DNA of 64,000 bases, taken from Cycas panzhihuaensis (taxonomy: Eukaryota; Plantae; Cycadophyta). Where the stretch lies: NCBI GenBank assembly GCA_023213395.1, contig CM041465.1, forward strand, positions 141,119,741 to 141,183,740, written 5' to 3'. The first letter of the stretch is position 1; each line of letters opens with the position of its first letter. Below, in pieces: positions 13,191-24,360 of the stretch. Under the pieces are notes generated by a model. That model saw only the letters and a list, made by a program, of their open reading frames with translations. It did no database searches and had not been told where the DNA came from. A program made the translations under genes and the position numbers.

Positions 13191-13918
13191 ATTAAGATGC
13201 TCATTGGTTATTGCCATATCTATAAACAAAATAATATCTCCTTTCTCACTTAATGGAATATCACTAGAACTAAAGGGACCAGAGGCCCCTTTTCTTATAC
13301 TTCAATATCTAAAATGGATCCATCTGACATATCATAGGGAGGTTGCAATCGAGGCCTATCTATTCCTAGTAGAATCTCCTCACTATTCAAAATAAGTGGT
13401 GGCAAAATAGATAGATCTTACCTTATACTAGACAGAGAGGCAAAAATTGATGCTCTAGTAATAGTTGAAGGGTCTCCTGACCTTACTTCAAGCTATATTG
13501 TCTTGCTCGAAGGTATTTAATTTTTTGTCATGCTAACATTGGTGTTGGTATAATTAAAACATTTTTATTTATGAGTTGTTGAAAAATATATACATGGTTT
13601 CCAGATGAGATGAAAACTAGTTCATCTCCTTCTTGAGAATAATTGTATAACCTTTCCATTTACTTGAACAAACCTAATGTTGCCAACTCTTTTAAGAATA
13701 GTCACCACAATACCATCACACTGTGTATGCTTCAACTTGCATAAAATTATACTAACAGAACAATCCTTCAAAGATGGATTGCAAGTTCTACTCTTACTTA
13801 AATCCATATCACAAGGAGATGATCCTGTTAGCAGTCTAAGAAGAGGCTTTACTAAATCATTTAGAATAGAACATTTTCTAATATCTGTCTCAAGACCATC
13901 ATCTGAGCCCAGGTTAAA
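13191..13918 (-). pseudogene. Captured fragment of a plant FHA-domain AAA-ATPase (At4g02480/At1g02890-like), intron-less
   Basis: SRTCNPSLKDCSVSIILCKLKH..VQVNGK, GDELVFISSGNHVYIFQQL, RSGDPSTITRASIFASLSSIR*DLSILPP and KPLLRLLTGSS match recalled family motifs (LCKLRH, VQVNGK, GDEVVFSSSGKHAYIFQQL, RSGDPSAVAGASILASLS, PLLRMLAGS). Confidence 0.8.
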
Positions 13919-16228
13919 CTAAGAGATAGAGGAGCCAATCTCTTTTCAATATAATATGCTGACAGTAAGGAGAGTCTTCATTTTGGATCATCTTCAACAT
14001 TAACTAGATATTCTCCAATAACAGTTATAGCCTAAACGGTAATACATTCAGCCACACAGATTTGAAAATGCACCAAACTATAGCAGGAGACTTGGAAACT
14101 CCTTTTTTTTCCTTTTTATTTTTTGATATATAAAAGCATAAGCCAAGTTTGAAAACCATACAAATAATTTTTTTTGAATTTTTACATAAAAATAATATAA
14201 ATTCATCCTCATAAAAGGCATGCTTAACTATAAAAAATTTCAAAGATGGAATCATTTTTTACTTTTGGATAGCTAAAAGATAACCCACTCAACAACTACA
14301 AGCATCTCCATTGTAATCTTCCCATTGGTATGGGAAGAGATTACTTTATACTAACTGCACATGCACAAAACTCCTCCTTCTTGAAAGTAGACATGCTAAT
14401 TCTACAGGGTTATCGGGCCTGCATGAATAGATAATCTATAGTAGCTTCAAATATCTTTATTAGCCTTAGAATAACATAAACAATAGAACCTATAACAACT
14501 CTTAATAGCCTCAAAAGGTAGCCCCTTTAGATAACAAAATTGCTCTAAATATTCAATAAAAAACTCCTTTGAGAATTATACACCAGGTTGGCTCTTCATA
14601 ACCTAAAATGAACTTTCAATGGCAAATCACAATACATGCATAAAAGGTTCCTTAAATGAAAATTAAGAATGAAGGATAACATATACAAAAGATTCACAAT
14701 GAAGTACCCTAAAGGATTGAACCTTGTGCTCTGATACCATATTAGAATTACAAATTCAAACTAATACAATAAACATCTAATGGTGAGTGAATGATAAATA
14801 ATAAAGTACAAAAGAGATAAAGTATATACAACATGAACACCATGCATGGAGAATTGGCCAAACTCAATTAGAGAGAATGAAGAGTACATACTTATAATAC
14901 ATGCTCACCACTAGTGAGAGAATCCCATTGGTTGACTTAGAGGTGGCACACATATCTAAGTGGCCCACAACCTCTAATATAAAAATATAAAGAATAGAGA
15001 GAGTTTATATGAGGCTAATGTAATTGGGTATTACACCCAACAGAGATAAGCCTCAAATTAATGAAGTAAGATTTATGATTGCTTAAAAAATAAGGTAAAC
15101 TTAGTAGCTTACACCTCCTTCAAAAATTACTTAAATCTTGTTGGAATTGGCTCCAATCTGAAGAGATCTAGACTAGGATTTTAATAGTTTAGACGATTCT
15201 TAAATCTGACTTCTCGTTGAGGAGATATTATAAAAATAGTACTAGGTACTCCTTATGGTCAAAAAACTAGGTTGGGGTATCTTAAGACCTCTTCACTGAT
15301 AATCCCCCAGTCTCAATAGGCCTACATCTCACCACTTGCTAGGCTAACAAACTTTAAAAATATTCAAATATAAAATAATATTTTTGATTTTATAAAATTT
15401 ATAAAACAGAGCTTAAAATTTTTTAAATCCATCCTTTTTGAAAATGAAACCATGGCCATGTCACATGAACAATATGAACATAAGTTAGAGAAAGGCACCT
15501 CTATAGATCTAAAATTGATTTCAATTAGATTAAATATAATCTAAACTATATAAAAAAATAAAATTTAAAATAATTTTAATATTCCACGACTGTGTGTGAA
15601 TTTGTTCAAATTGTGATAAACTAAATTGAAGATTACTTGATTAAATTGAGTTATTTTCATATCAATCCACTCTCAAATCATAGAGAGGATACCTGTAAGG
15701 GTAGGGGAGAGATTTAACCCAATCAATAGACTTGCATGAGATTGAATGGTACACTAAAGAATCAATAGAGGTTGCATGAAGAGCAATAACTGCTAGGGTT
15801 AATACCCTTAATGAACTTACATTAAGTGATGAAATACATACTTGTATTGCATTACAGAGGGATGCATAATAGTCTTTCTCTCAATTATAATGATTATGAG
15901 CTTAGACAATCACAAAGAGTAGTGCCGATGGCTTGACAAAACTAGGATGATAAGCTGTGAGATATTTCTCATAGATAGTTAATATTTCTTTGAGAGTGAT
16001 ATCAAAGTTGAGACTAGAGACAATTCACAGATAATAAGATAACACCCTGAACCTGGTTTTCTTATGAACACTCCCTATTGGTTATGAGATGGACTAAAAA
16101 CCATTGAAACTAAGTAAAAAATGAGCGAACAAAGGTGAGCATGGTGCCATTATTAATAAACAAGCCACCATTTCTTAATTAAACTCACAATAAACTAAAT
16201 AAAATGCATATTAGAGGCTTTGATACCA

Positions 16229-16606
16229 TGTCAAATTCATTAATAGGATCATATAATAATGTACATTCAAATATAAATTTGAAAAATAGATATCTAATAC
16301 TACAATAATATAGATTGGTTGCAAAACAATGTGATCACCAAATTAGTTAAATGATTGTTCTCAATTTTGGCAAAGCTTCCGTATATGAAAACTTTCAATG
16401 TACAAAGCATAGAATTTGTACTTAATTTATAAGCATACAAACCTAAATATAAGAATATAATTGGATAACATATCGGCAAAGTGGACGGGCTCAACTAATT
16501 TAACAAATACAATATAATTTATAAAGGGGATGCCTTAATGTTATATTGAGTATAAAGTATATGATATATGAATATTACAATGAAGGTTTCATTATTAGTT
16601 TTAACA
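16229..16606 (-). repeat. 5' LTR of Copia-1
   Basis: TG...CA ends, directly adjacent to the PBS. Confidence 0.88.
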
Positions 16607-16611
16607 CAAAA

Positions 16612-18804
16612 ATCTATTTTAGGTATACCTTCTTCTTTAATTCAAATTTGATGATAATATGATCTTAAATAAATTTTAGAAAAATATTTAGCATCATTTA
16701 ATTGATCTAAAAAATCATTAATTCTTAGTAATGGATTTTTATTTTTTATTATTAGTTTTTTTAATTATCAGTAGTCAATACATAACCTTAAGGTGTCATC
16801 TTTCTTTCTAATGAATAAAACTAATGCTCACATGGAGAAATGTTGGGTCTAATCTCACACTATTCTATTGGTTCTTATAGTTATATTCTAAGCTCAATTA
16901 ATTTTGGGATGGATTATTGATATGAAGCTCTTGATATTAGTTCTAGTCTAAGCATGAGATCAATTGTATATTTCATAATAACTTTTAGGGATAACTCCTT
17001 AATTTCTAAAGGGAATACATTCTTGAGTTTTTTAATAATTATTTGACCAATAAGAGTATTACTATATATATGGGTGATTTTTATTACTACTATGCAAAAA
17101 ACTTTACATCCTTTGTGCACACATCTTTTAATCTATCTTACAGAAAGGGTGTCCAATTATGTGGATCACTTTCTTCCTTAAATAATCCCAACACCATCAA
17201 GATGTTTGACTATTATAACTTATTTTTTATGGTAACCAACATAAGCAATATTGTATTCTAATTGGGCCATATATATTATAGTGTGGTGTTCTCTTAGATC
17301 TTATAATTGAGAATCCTTAATTATTTAATAGCCACTTATTTATAATCTTAATTCCTCCAAAATAGAATCAATTTGCTTAAGTATTTCATCATCATCCAAC
17401 TCTACCCAAAAAGGTTCTATTTTTATGGGTGCTAAATTTAATTCTTTTACTAATTTTGGTGAAATAATGTTATGTCTACTTCCAAAATCTATCAAGGCGA
17501 TAAAATATTATTCATTTATTTTTCTCTTAACTTATACAAAAAATAATTATATATGTATGTTACTTGACTTAATGACAACATAAACATGCATATTGGGTCA
17601 ACATTGTATTAGGTCTTTTATAGTTATATTTTTTTTCTCTATGCATGTATTTGAAGCTAAAGACATCTTTTCTTAAATGTGGTTCTTCTCATTCCCAACA
17701 TTTAATAGTTCTTGATTAGCTTCCCTAATTCCAATCTTGTTTATTTAATTATTCTAAAGTTTTATTGAATAAACTTTGATAGGTATAACTTTTCTTTATA
17801 ATACTATTATTATAGCTATTTATTTTCCCTTCATGGTAGGATTTTTTTTATGTTAGGCAATACGAGCTCTATAAGTTTCTTCTTATTCATGCAACCATTC
17901 TTTTCTTTTTCCTTCACCTAGTCTTTATTCTTTATACCTTTTAATAAGTATGGCTAGTTCATCTACAGATTCAAGATTTTCACCCCAAATGTTCACATGA
18001 CATTCTTGGTTAAGCCCATCTATAAATCTTGCAAGTCTATCTTTACCTTGGGCAAAGGGTGTACATCTATTTAAGGTTTTAAACTATCCTTTATATTTCC
18101 TCATACTAATGCTTCTCTACTTTAAATCATAAAACTCATTTAATTTGTTTAGAGAAAGTTTTCAAAAATAAATTTGTTATAAAATTTCATCTTAAATTTT
18201 TTCTATGAGACCAACTCAGTCTTTATCTTATGGCTTCAAAGTATATCATGCCACTAGGTAAGTACGAGTCCTTTTAATTAATATATGATGATTCTGGTTT
18301 TGTTATGAGAGTTTAATTTTAAAACTCAAAATAGCTCTCCATATTGTCTAACCAATTTTTTGCCTCTTCTCCAATGCCTTTTTTCCCTTCATATTCTATA
18401 AATTTTAAAATATTCTTACTATTAGATGTTGTTTTTGTACTCCTAGAACTTCCATCTGATTTATCTCTTCTTCTTTCCCCTTTATTATTTCTTTTACTTT
18501 TATCCTTATATTTTCATGTTTTGATTTCTATTTCATGCATCTCCTGTACACTTTTATTTTTATATTTCTTATTGTTTTATCTCAAGGATTCACTCGTACT
18601 TTCTTTACTTCTTAATGTAGATTCTTCCATATTTTCTTTTTGTAATCCTTGTTTACACCAGGAATGTTTATTGCTTGTCATGTATTCCTTTTCGTGTTCT
18701 AACTTATGTCTTATCCTAGTTATTTTTTCCATCATTCTTTATAAGCTCTTCTTAAGGGCTTAATTAATTTTTGTCATTATGGCTAGGTCATGGTCATTAC
18801 TCAT
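16612..18804 (-). mobile_element. Old Ty3/Gypsy remnant: gag, protease, start of RT
   Basis: Gag EEAKNWLDNMESYFEF, protease ALIDFGSRHNIIS at about 17460-17500, [14 protein letters not shown]; very degenerate. Confidence 0.8.
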
Positions 18805-20018
18805 ATCTATTGGATTAGTTGATAGTTAACTTATGTTTATAAACTATTATATTAATTCATAAATGAATGGCATATAGTTGAAAATAAGATTTACTAAGAT
18901 ATTAATATAATAAGGAATTTATGAATCAAGGATAAGGAACCTCTCTAAAGATTGTTATTTAAAAAGAGAGGAAGGAAGATGTTATTCTCCTTAGGATGTT
19001 GGAGTTCTGACCCTAGCAAAGTTACAAATACTAGTTCATTTCTCTTTAATAGGCCTTCTGTTGGGTGTAATACTCAATTCCATTAGCCCTATGTAAACTC
19101 TCTCTATCTTTTGTATATTGTATTAGAGTTGTGGGCCACCTTGATATGTGTGCCACCTCTAAGTAGTCCAATGGGGTTCTTTCTCTAGTGGTGAGGTTGT
19201 ACTATAAGTATGTACTCTTACTTGTTCATAATTGAGTTTTGGCCAATTCTCCAACATGGTGTCTATTCTGTGCATACTTCATCTTTTGTTGCTCACCATT
19301 AGGGTTTGATTTGCTTGTCAAATTACTAATCCTAACATGGTATCAGAGCCCAAGGTTCAACCTCGAGGCCTTTCTTGAAAGTCCTAGTACATGTCATTTC
19401 GCTTTTTGAGCTTTCAAGTCTTGTAAATTTTTGATGTGCTCGCTTCGTGACTTCGCCAAGTTGAAGATCATTTCAAGTTATATCCGATGCATATTTTGTT
19501 ATGGGACCGATATCAAATTTTGAAGGGCTATTTTGGTGATGATGAGAGGTCGCTTTTCAAACCAGCTTTGAAGTTTTGTGGTCGTTTGAAGCCCGTTAAC
19601 GCCGCCGGTGGACCTCTTCTCCACATGTGGTACCACAATAATATTGCATGCGGTGAAAGTCCACCAAATTTTGTGCATCCACCTCGCTTGATTGCTTCCT
19701 TCGCATGTCAAGGACGTAGTGTTGCAGAACTGCTAATGCTAGCTGAGTGAGTGCTTCTCGCTATCCCTAAGCTAGAAGAAACTCTATTTTGAAAGTATTT
19801 GCAGATTTACGTGTTATACATATACTTTTGCCGATATGTATTTCTCTTATGCTCATACAATTTGTATTCGATGCCTTCAACCGCCTATATTCTTATGTAT
19901 TTTTCACAAAAAAAAAAAAAAAAAAAAAAGAAAGAAAGCTGCCATGAATAGTGGTGTTTGAGTTGGACTCTGGTGACTACTAATGGGCCTCTTGCTTTTG
20001 AGCTTCTTTGTCTGAAGA

Positions 20019-20072
20019 AACTGTTCATCTAGTAAGCTGTTTACTTGGGGAGATGAGGATAAAGGTCAGCTG
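20019..20072 (+). pseudogene. Captured RCC1-repeat fragment (PRAF/RLD-like)
   Basis: NCSSSKLFTWGDEDKGQL, versus recalled RLD/PRAF NCSSGKLFTWGDGDKGRL. Confidence 0.75.
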
Positions 20073-20217
20073 CCATCGCTTGAGAGATTCAAACTCTCGC
20101 GGGGAAACCCCATGTACTTAGCAGAGGCAGTCGATGGCCTCCAAGATCGAATTAAGCAGATCCCGCCATTGAAAAATTTCAAGTAAAAGCTTTGCGTGTG
20201 TGAAAAGGGAAGATGCC

Positions 20218-20331
20218 TGGTTCGATATAAGAGTGATCTATGTGAAACTGAGCTAATGCTACATGCTTGAAAACGGATCGACACCACCTACATCAACAGA
20301 AAATGTACGATTTCTGTCAACCGACAGAATT
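20218..20331 (+). pseudogene. Captured fragment of an At1g01500/At1g19400-like plant protein, internally deleted
   Basis: WFDIRVIYVKLS*C ... ENVRFLSTDRI, versus recalled WFDLRVFYVRIS ... EATYVSTDSIR. Confidence 0.55.
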
Positions 20332-20455
20332 TTCAATTGCAACTTTTACGCGGGTTCTGCAACGGGCCTTGTTGAGCAAGTTCGCCTCTTGCTACGTCTT
20401 TCATTGGCCTCACCAGCAGACGAATCTTTTAGGCATGGGGTTTGCCCATTGGATT

Positions 20456-20592
20456 AAACCGATGCAACTAATTGCAAGCCGTTGGAATGGTAAAGATTGG
20501 GCGACGGATGGAGGGAAGGCAAAAATAAATTGGAGGTAGTCGCCATTCATTGTATCTTTCAAAGGATTAGAGATAGCAGGACATAAATGTCC
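20456..20592 (+). pseudogene. Captured xyloglucan endotransglucosylase/hydrolase (GH16 XTH) fragment
   Basis: KPMQLIASRWNGKDWATDGGKAKINWR*SPFIVSFKGLEIAG matches XTH PM..YSSLWNxDDWATxGGxxKxDWxxAPFxASF. Weaker XTH-like pieces lie upstream from about 20338. Confidence 0.88.
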
Positions 20593-21525
20593 CGACGGAC
20601 CGACCTTCGCCTGTTCTAATTCCTCGCACGGGAATATGTTGAAGTGTGAGTCAATGGCACTGTACCGCTTCGGTGATTCTCTCGCCCAGAGTTATGTATA
20701 TAAGACCGGGAAATGCGCATGATTCTTATAGCAGCAGCAGATGCATTATTGAGTAGAATCAAAGGAATGATATCGAACGTGAATCCGTGGAAATAGAGAA
20801 GAGCGGCCTAATGTCGTCGACCTGCAAATATCCATGGCGGTGACCTGCACATTAATGGCGGTGGCGGCCCTCGTAACGGTGACGAACCTGCAACATCGAA
20901 GAAAAATGGCGGCGCCCCTTTATCACATTCGAAACCCTAAAATATTAGGTCTAATGCGTGTTTATTGCGTGTGGCGGAATTCAAATTTCATTAAAAGCGG
21001 TTATATTTTGTTGGGTTTGAATATTTTGATTTAATTATATTTCATAATCGTTTATGGTCCGCCTAGCCCCTCATCATTCTAGCCCCGATCATATGGAGGC
21101 TTAATACGCCCTACTGCCAGCTCATGAAGGGGGCTAACCCTTATTTTCATCTTTTTTCGGTATTATTAAAGAGTACCGGTCACATTTTTTACTGTATCTT
21201 GAGATTGGGAGGTCCGATTTCGCCTTCTGCTATGCGTTGGATCCGTAATGTAGAGAGCTTTCATTTGACAGGTCATTTGACACATTTTGGAGCTGTTTTC
21301 ATGGAGATTTTAAAGTTCAAAGTCACAAGTTTCTATATATCTTCATTTTTTTCTCGGTTCTTCAGCACATATTACATTTTCAAGGCTTCTTGATGTAATG
21401 TACCGAATGGGGGATGACATGTACTATGGACTTCTTTTAGTTCTTGAAGAACCCATTGTGATCTTATTGTACTTCATTTATGAGAGAGAGTCACATGTGC
21501 TACACAAGTCACATATCATTTTCAC

Positions 21526-21660
21526 CATGTAAAAATTTCAAATGCTGGTTATTTTTGCCCATGGTGGCAAGTTGTTAGCCCAATGAGGCATCATGTAAAA
21601 ATTTCAAATGTTGGTTATTTTTGCCCATGGTGGCAAGTTGATTAGCCCAATGAGGCATCT
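21526..21660 (+). repeat. About 67-bp tandem duplication in the 3' arm of copy A
   Basis: CATGTAAAAATTTCAAATG...GCCCAATGAGGCATC occurs twice; single in copy B. Confidence 0.9.
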
Positions 21661-21778
21661 TGTTAGCCCATGTGGTATGTTTGAGGCCATAGTGCCATTG
21701 TATTTCGGACATTAGATGTCAAGAAGTGCTAGTCCTATTGAGAAGATGTAGGACACACTTCGTAAGCTACCTTGTCTC

Positions 21779-22305
21779 GCCATGTGCTTTATACATATAT
21801 ATTTTCCGCTTGCACTCCCATATGAGCAAGGGTGGGACCTTATCTGACTACTCTTGCCACTCCGATTGCTCCACGTGTCTGAGAGGGAGTTCCTACCCAA
21901 TGGCGGTTGCGGTGATAACCCATGCATTCCTAGATGGACTCCTCTTCATATGGACTTCAAGACTTTTTATTCTAAGGCAGTTGTTTATGATCCAAAGAAT
22001 GTTTATGATCCAAGAAGATTTATGATCCAAAGCAGACTTTTGGAGACTCTTGCCATGTGCCATGTGCCATGTGCTTATTATATATATTTTCCGCTTGCAC
22101 TCCCATATGAGCAAGGGTGGGACCTTATATAGCTACTCTTGCCAGCTCCTGATTGCTCCACGTATACAGAGGGAGTTCCTACCAATCAAGGTTGGAGCGG
22201 CTGATAACGCATGCATTGCGGTAGATGGACTGTAGTTGATATGGAGTCCAGGAGGTTTCTATTATGTGCATGGCTCGATCCAAAGAAATTTTTGGAGACT
22301 TGAGC
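21779..22305 (+). repeat. About 285-bp tandem duplication containing a conserved 90-nt motif
   Basis: TTTTCCGCTTGCACTCCCATATGAGCAAGGGTGGGACCTTAT at about 21802 and 22087; single copy in B at 11837-11930 (minus). Confidence 0.9.
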
Positions 22306-24360
22306 TTATCATTGAAGTGACGATATTTATGTAATTGACTATTACAGGGGGGAATGTTGGGTGTAATACTTAATTCCATTAGCCCTATGTAAACTCTCTC
22401 TATCTTTTGTATATTGTATTAGAGTTGTGGGCCACCTTGATATGTGTGCCACCTCTAAGTAGTCCAATGGGGTTCTTTCTCTAGTGGTGAGGTTGTACTA
22501 TAAGTATGTACTCTTACTTGTTCATAATTGAGTTTTGGCCAATTCTCCAACATGGTGTCTATTCTGTGCATACTTCATCTTTTGTTGCTCACCATTAGGG
22601 TTTGATTTGCTTGTCAAATTACTAATCCTAACACCTTCATAAGAATATCTTTCTACCCAGTGAAATTATCTAAAGGAAGGTAGATTTAAGGAAACCTATA
22701 TTGTCACTTTTTCTCTCTAACTGTTAATAAAAATAATATAGTAGCAGTTTAAATATTAGCCTCAAAAGATATTTTAAAATATAGCACACTTAATTATTAA
22801 TGACCTTGAGGGTATGTAAAATAACTTAGGGGGTCGTGGCAAATGATGCTCCTCAACCTCCTTTCCCCATCTCTTTTAAAGTATTTATAGAGTTTTAACT
22901 ACCCATGATTTAGCTAAATATGATAACTATACATTTCCATAGAAAACAAACTTATTTACAAAGAATAAAACCTAGAACAATCTAAGAAAAAAAATAAATG
23001 AGTGTTGGATAATGCTCATCTGGGCACATAACATCATATAACGACACATAATGGCATATAACAACACATGTTGATATGAGACTTTGTGAAGCTGACCTAG
23101 TCAAAATAATACCATTTAAAAAGTTTTGTTAATGGTATTTTTAAACACTAGCCAATGGTAGACATTGGGCTCCCACTCAACTCCTACTTATTTATACGGG
23201 GGTTGTAAGACCCTAATATACTTCAACACTACCATTATGCCAAAATTTTATTTGATATTCTTCTTTTCTATAATATTTCACTCCCTATAACTCCCATTTA
23301 TCCGTCATTTGGTATTAGAACATATTACAGAGTACATAGTGATAAATATTTAATTTATATTACATATATATCTTTGTTTAGAGAAGTTTTATGAGTTTTT
23401 TTTAATTACATGTATGACTAATATATGCACTCTATCCTATTTATTTCTACATGCTCATATCTTCTTCATATACTAATATATTGTATCTTCTTTAGATACT
23501 CTTTTAAGAATAGTGCATTTTGATTACATAGTGTTGAACATTACATGTTGTAGCATGAGAATATTTTTGTACTAATTAATCATTAGATATTTATCGAGAC
23601 TACTATCCTATATATCTCATATGGTGTTTGGGATATGATTATTCTATTTCATTTGCATTGTCAATCATATTGTTTCATATCTGTACTACTAAGAATAAAT
23701 ATATTTATTATTAGTATCAAATTATTGTATTAAGCAAGAGTATATGTATATCTATGTATTATAAAGTGATTGATATCAAAATTTATGCTAAAATTCTATG
23801 TTTATCTCAGGCTCTTTGCATCACTCCTCATTGCAATCATATTTCTCATGTCTAATCTATTTGGGGTTGATTGGTTAGTTGTATTCCCTCTCTATTCTCT
23901 ACAGAGAAATACTCCTTATGGACTTTACATGATCTGCATCTTTGAGGCTCATCATCTCTAGTCCATGAACTTTAAAAAGTCCTATGATAAATACATCCTA
24001 TTAAAGTTCAAACTTCATATGATCCACGCCTTTTCTTTTTAACTCAAACATTATAAATATTGAAAAGAATTATAATTGAGTTATGCATGTAATAAAAGTA
24101 AGGAGAAGAAAAGCTTAGTCTACACCATTCAACTAAAGGAATGGTGGAATGCTTGGTTGCCCAAAAGTGTAGATCATCTTAGTATCTCTACCTTGTTTAG
24201 AATTGAATTATATTATATTTTGTTGGGCTGAGGTTTTGTTATACCACGACTTCTTAAAATAGAATACACCCTTATGCCTTTAGGCATCATAGAGTAAGAG
24301 CATGGTGAATAAATATAAGAATCTAGACAATTAAGATGAATAAACATCTAAGGATCTATG

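Larger units (their letters stand above)
11354..15042 (-). mobile_element. Non-autonomous LTR retroelement copy B carrying host gene fragments
   Basis: LTRs 11354-11657 and 14740-15042, perfect TSD GAGAT, PBS (reverse complement of TGGTATCAGAGC) at 14728-14739, PPT at 11658-11666. No gag/pol; arms homologous to copy A. Confidence 0.93.
5684..16606 (-). mobile_element. Full-length decayed Ty1/Copia element (Copia-1), containing nested element B
   Basis: LTRs 5684-6062 and 16229-16606. tRNA-Met PBS (reverse complement of TGGTATCAAAGCC) at 16216-16228, PPT next to 6063, TSD CTAAA/CAAAA, domain order gag-PR-INT-RT-RH. Confidence 0.92.
19059..22633 (+). mobile_element. Non-autonomous LTR retroelement copy A (very young) carrying host gene fragments
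   Basis: 279-bp LTRs 19059-19337 and 22355-22633 with one visible mismatch, perfect TSD CCTTC, PBS TGGTATCAGAGC at 19338-19349, PPT AGGGGGGAA at 22346-22354. No gag/pol; CpGs retained. Confidence 0.96.

Noticed and set aside
13218-13245. KGDIILFID resembling a Clp Walker B motif
   Set aside because: It lies in the colinear continuation of the FHA-AAA fragment's N-terminal region, so it is probably coincidental.
15708-16148. Apparent decayed antisense ORF in the Copia-1 leader
   Set aside because: About 15 stops in 147 codons is no better than random AT-rich DNA, and no motif was recognised.
18344-18763. Hydrophobic 139-aa ORF resembling a membrane protein
   Set aside because: Antisense of the purine-rich Gypsy gag region.
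19059-19337. Retrozyme (hammerhead) or Cassandra (5S rRNA) identity for the small LTR family
   Set aside because: No CTGATGA...GAAA core and no 5S rRNA sequence found in the LTR on either strand; the internal region is also much larger.
21880-21897. GAGGGAGTTCC resemblance to miR159/319
   Set aside because: Only the 3' half resembles it; no seed match or precursor hairpin.
21779-22305. CRISPR-like array
   Set aside because: These are tandem duplications with homologous rather than unique spacers, in a eukaryotic context with no cas genes.
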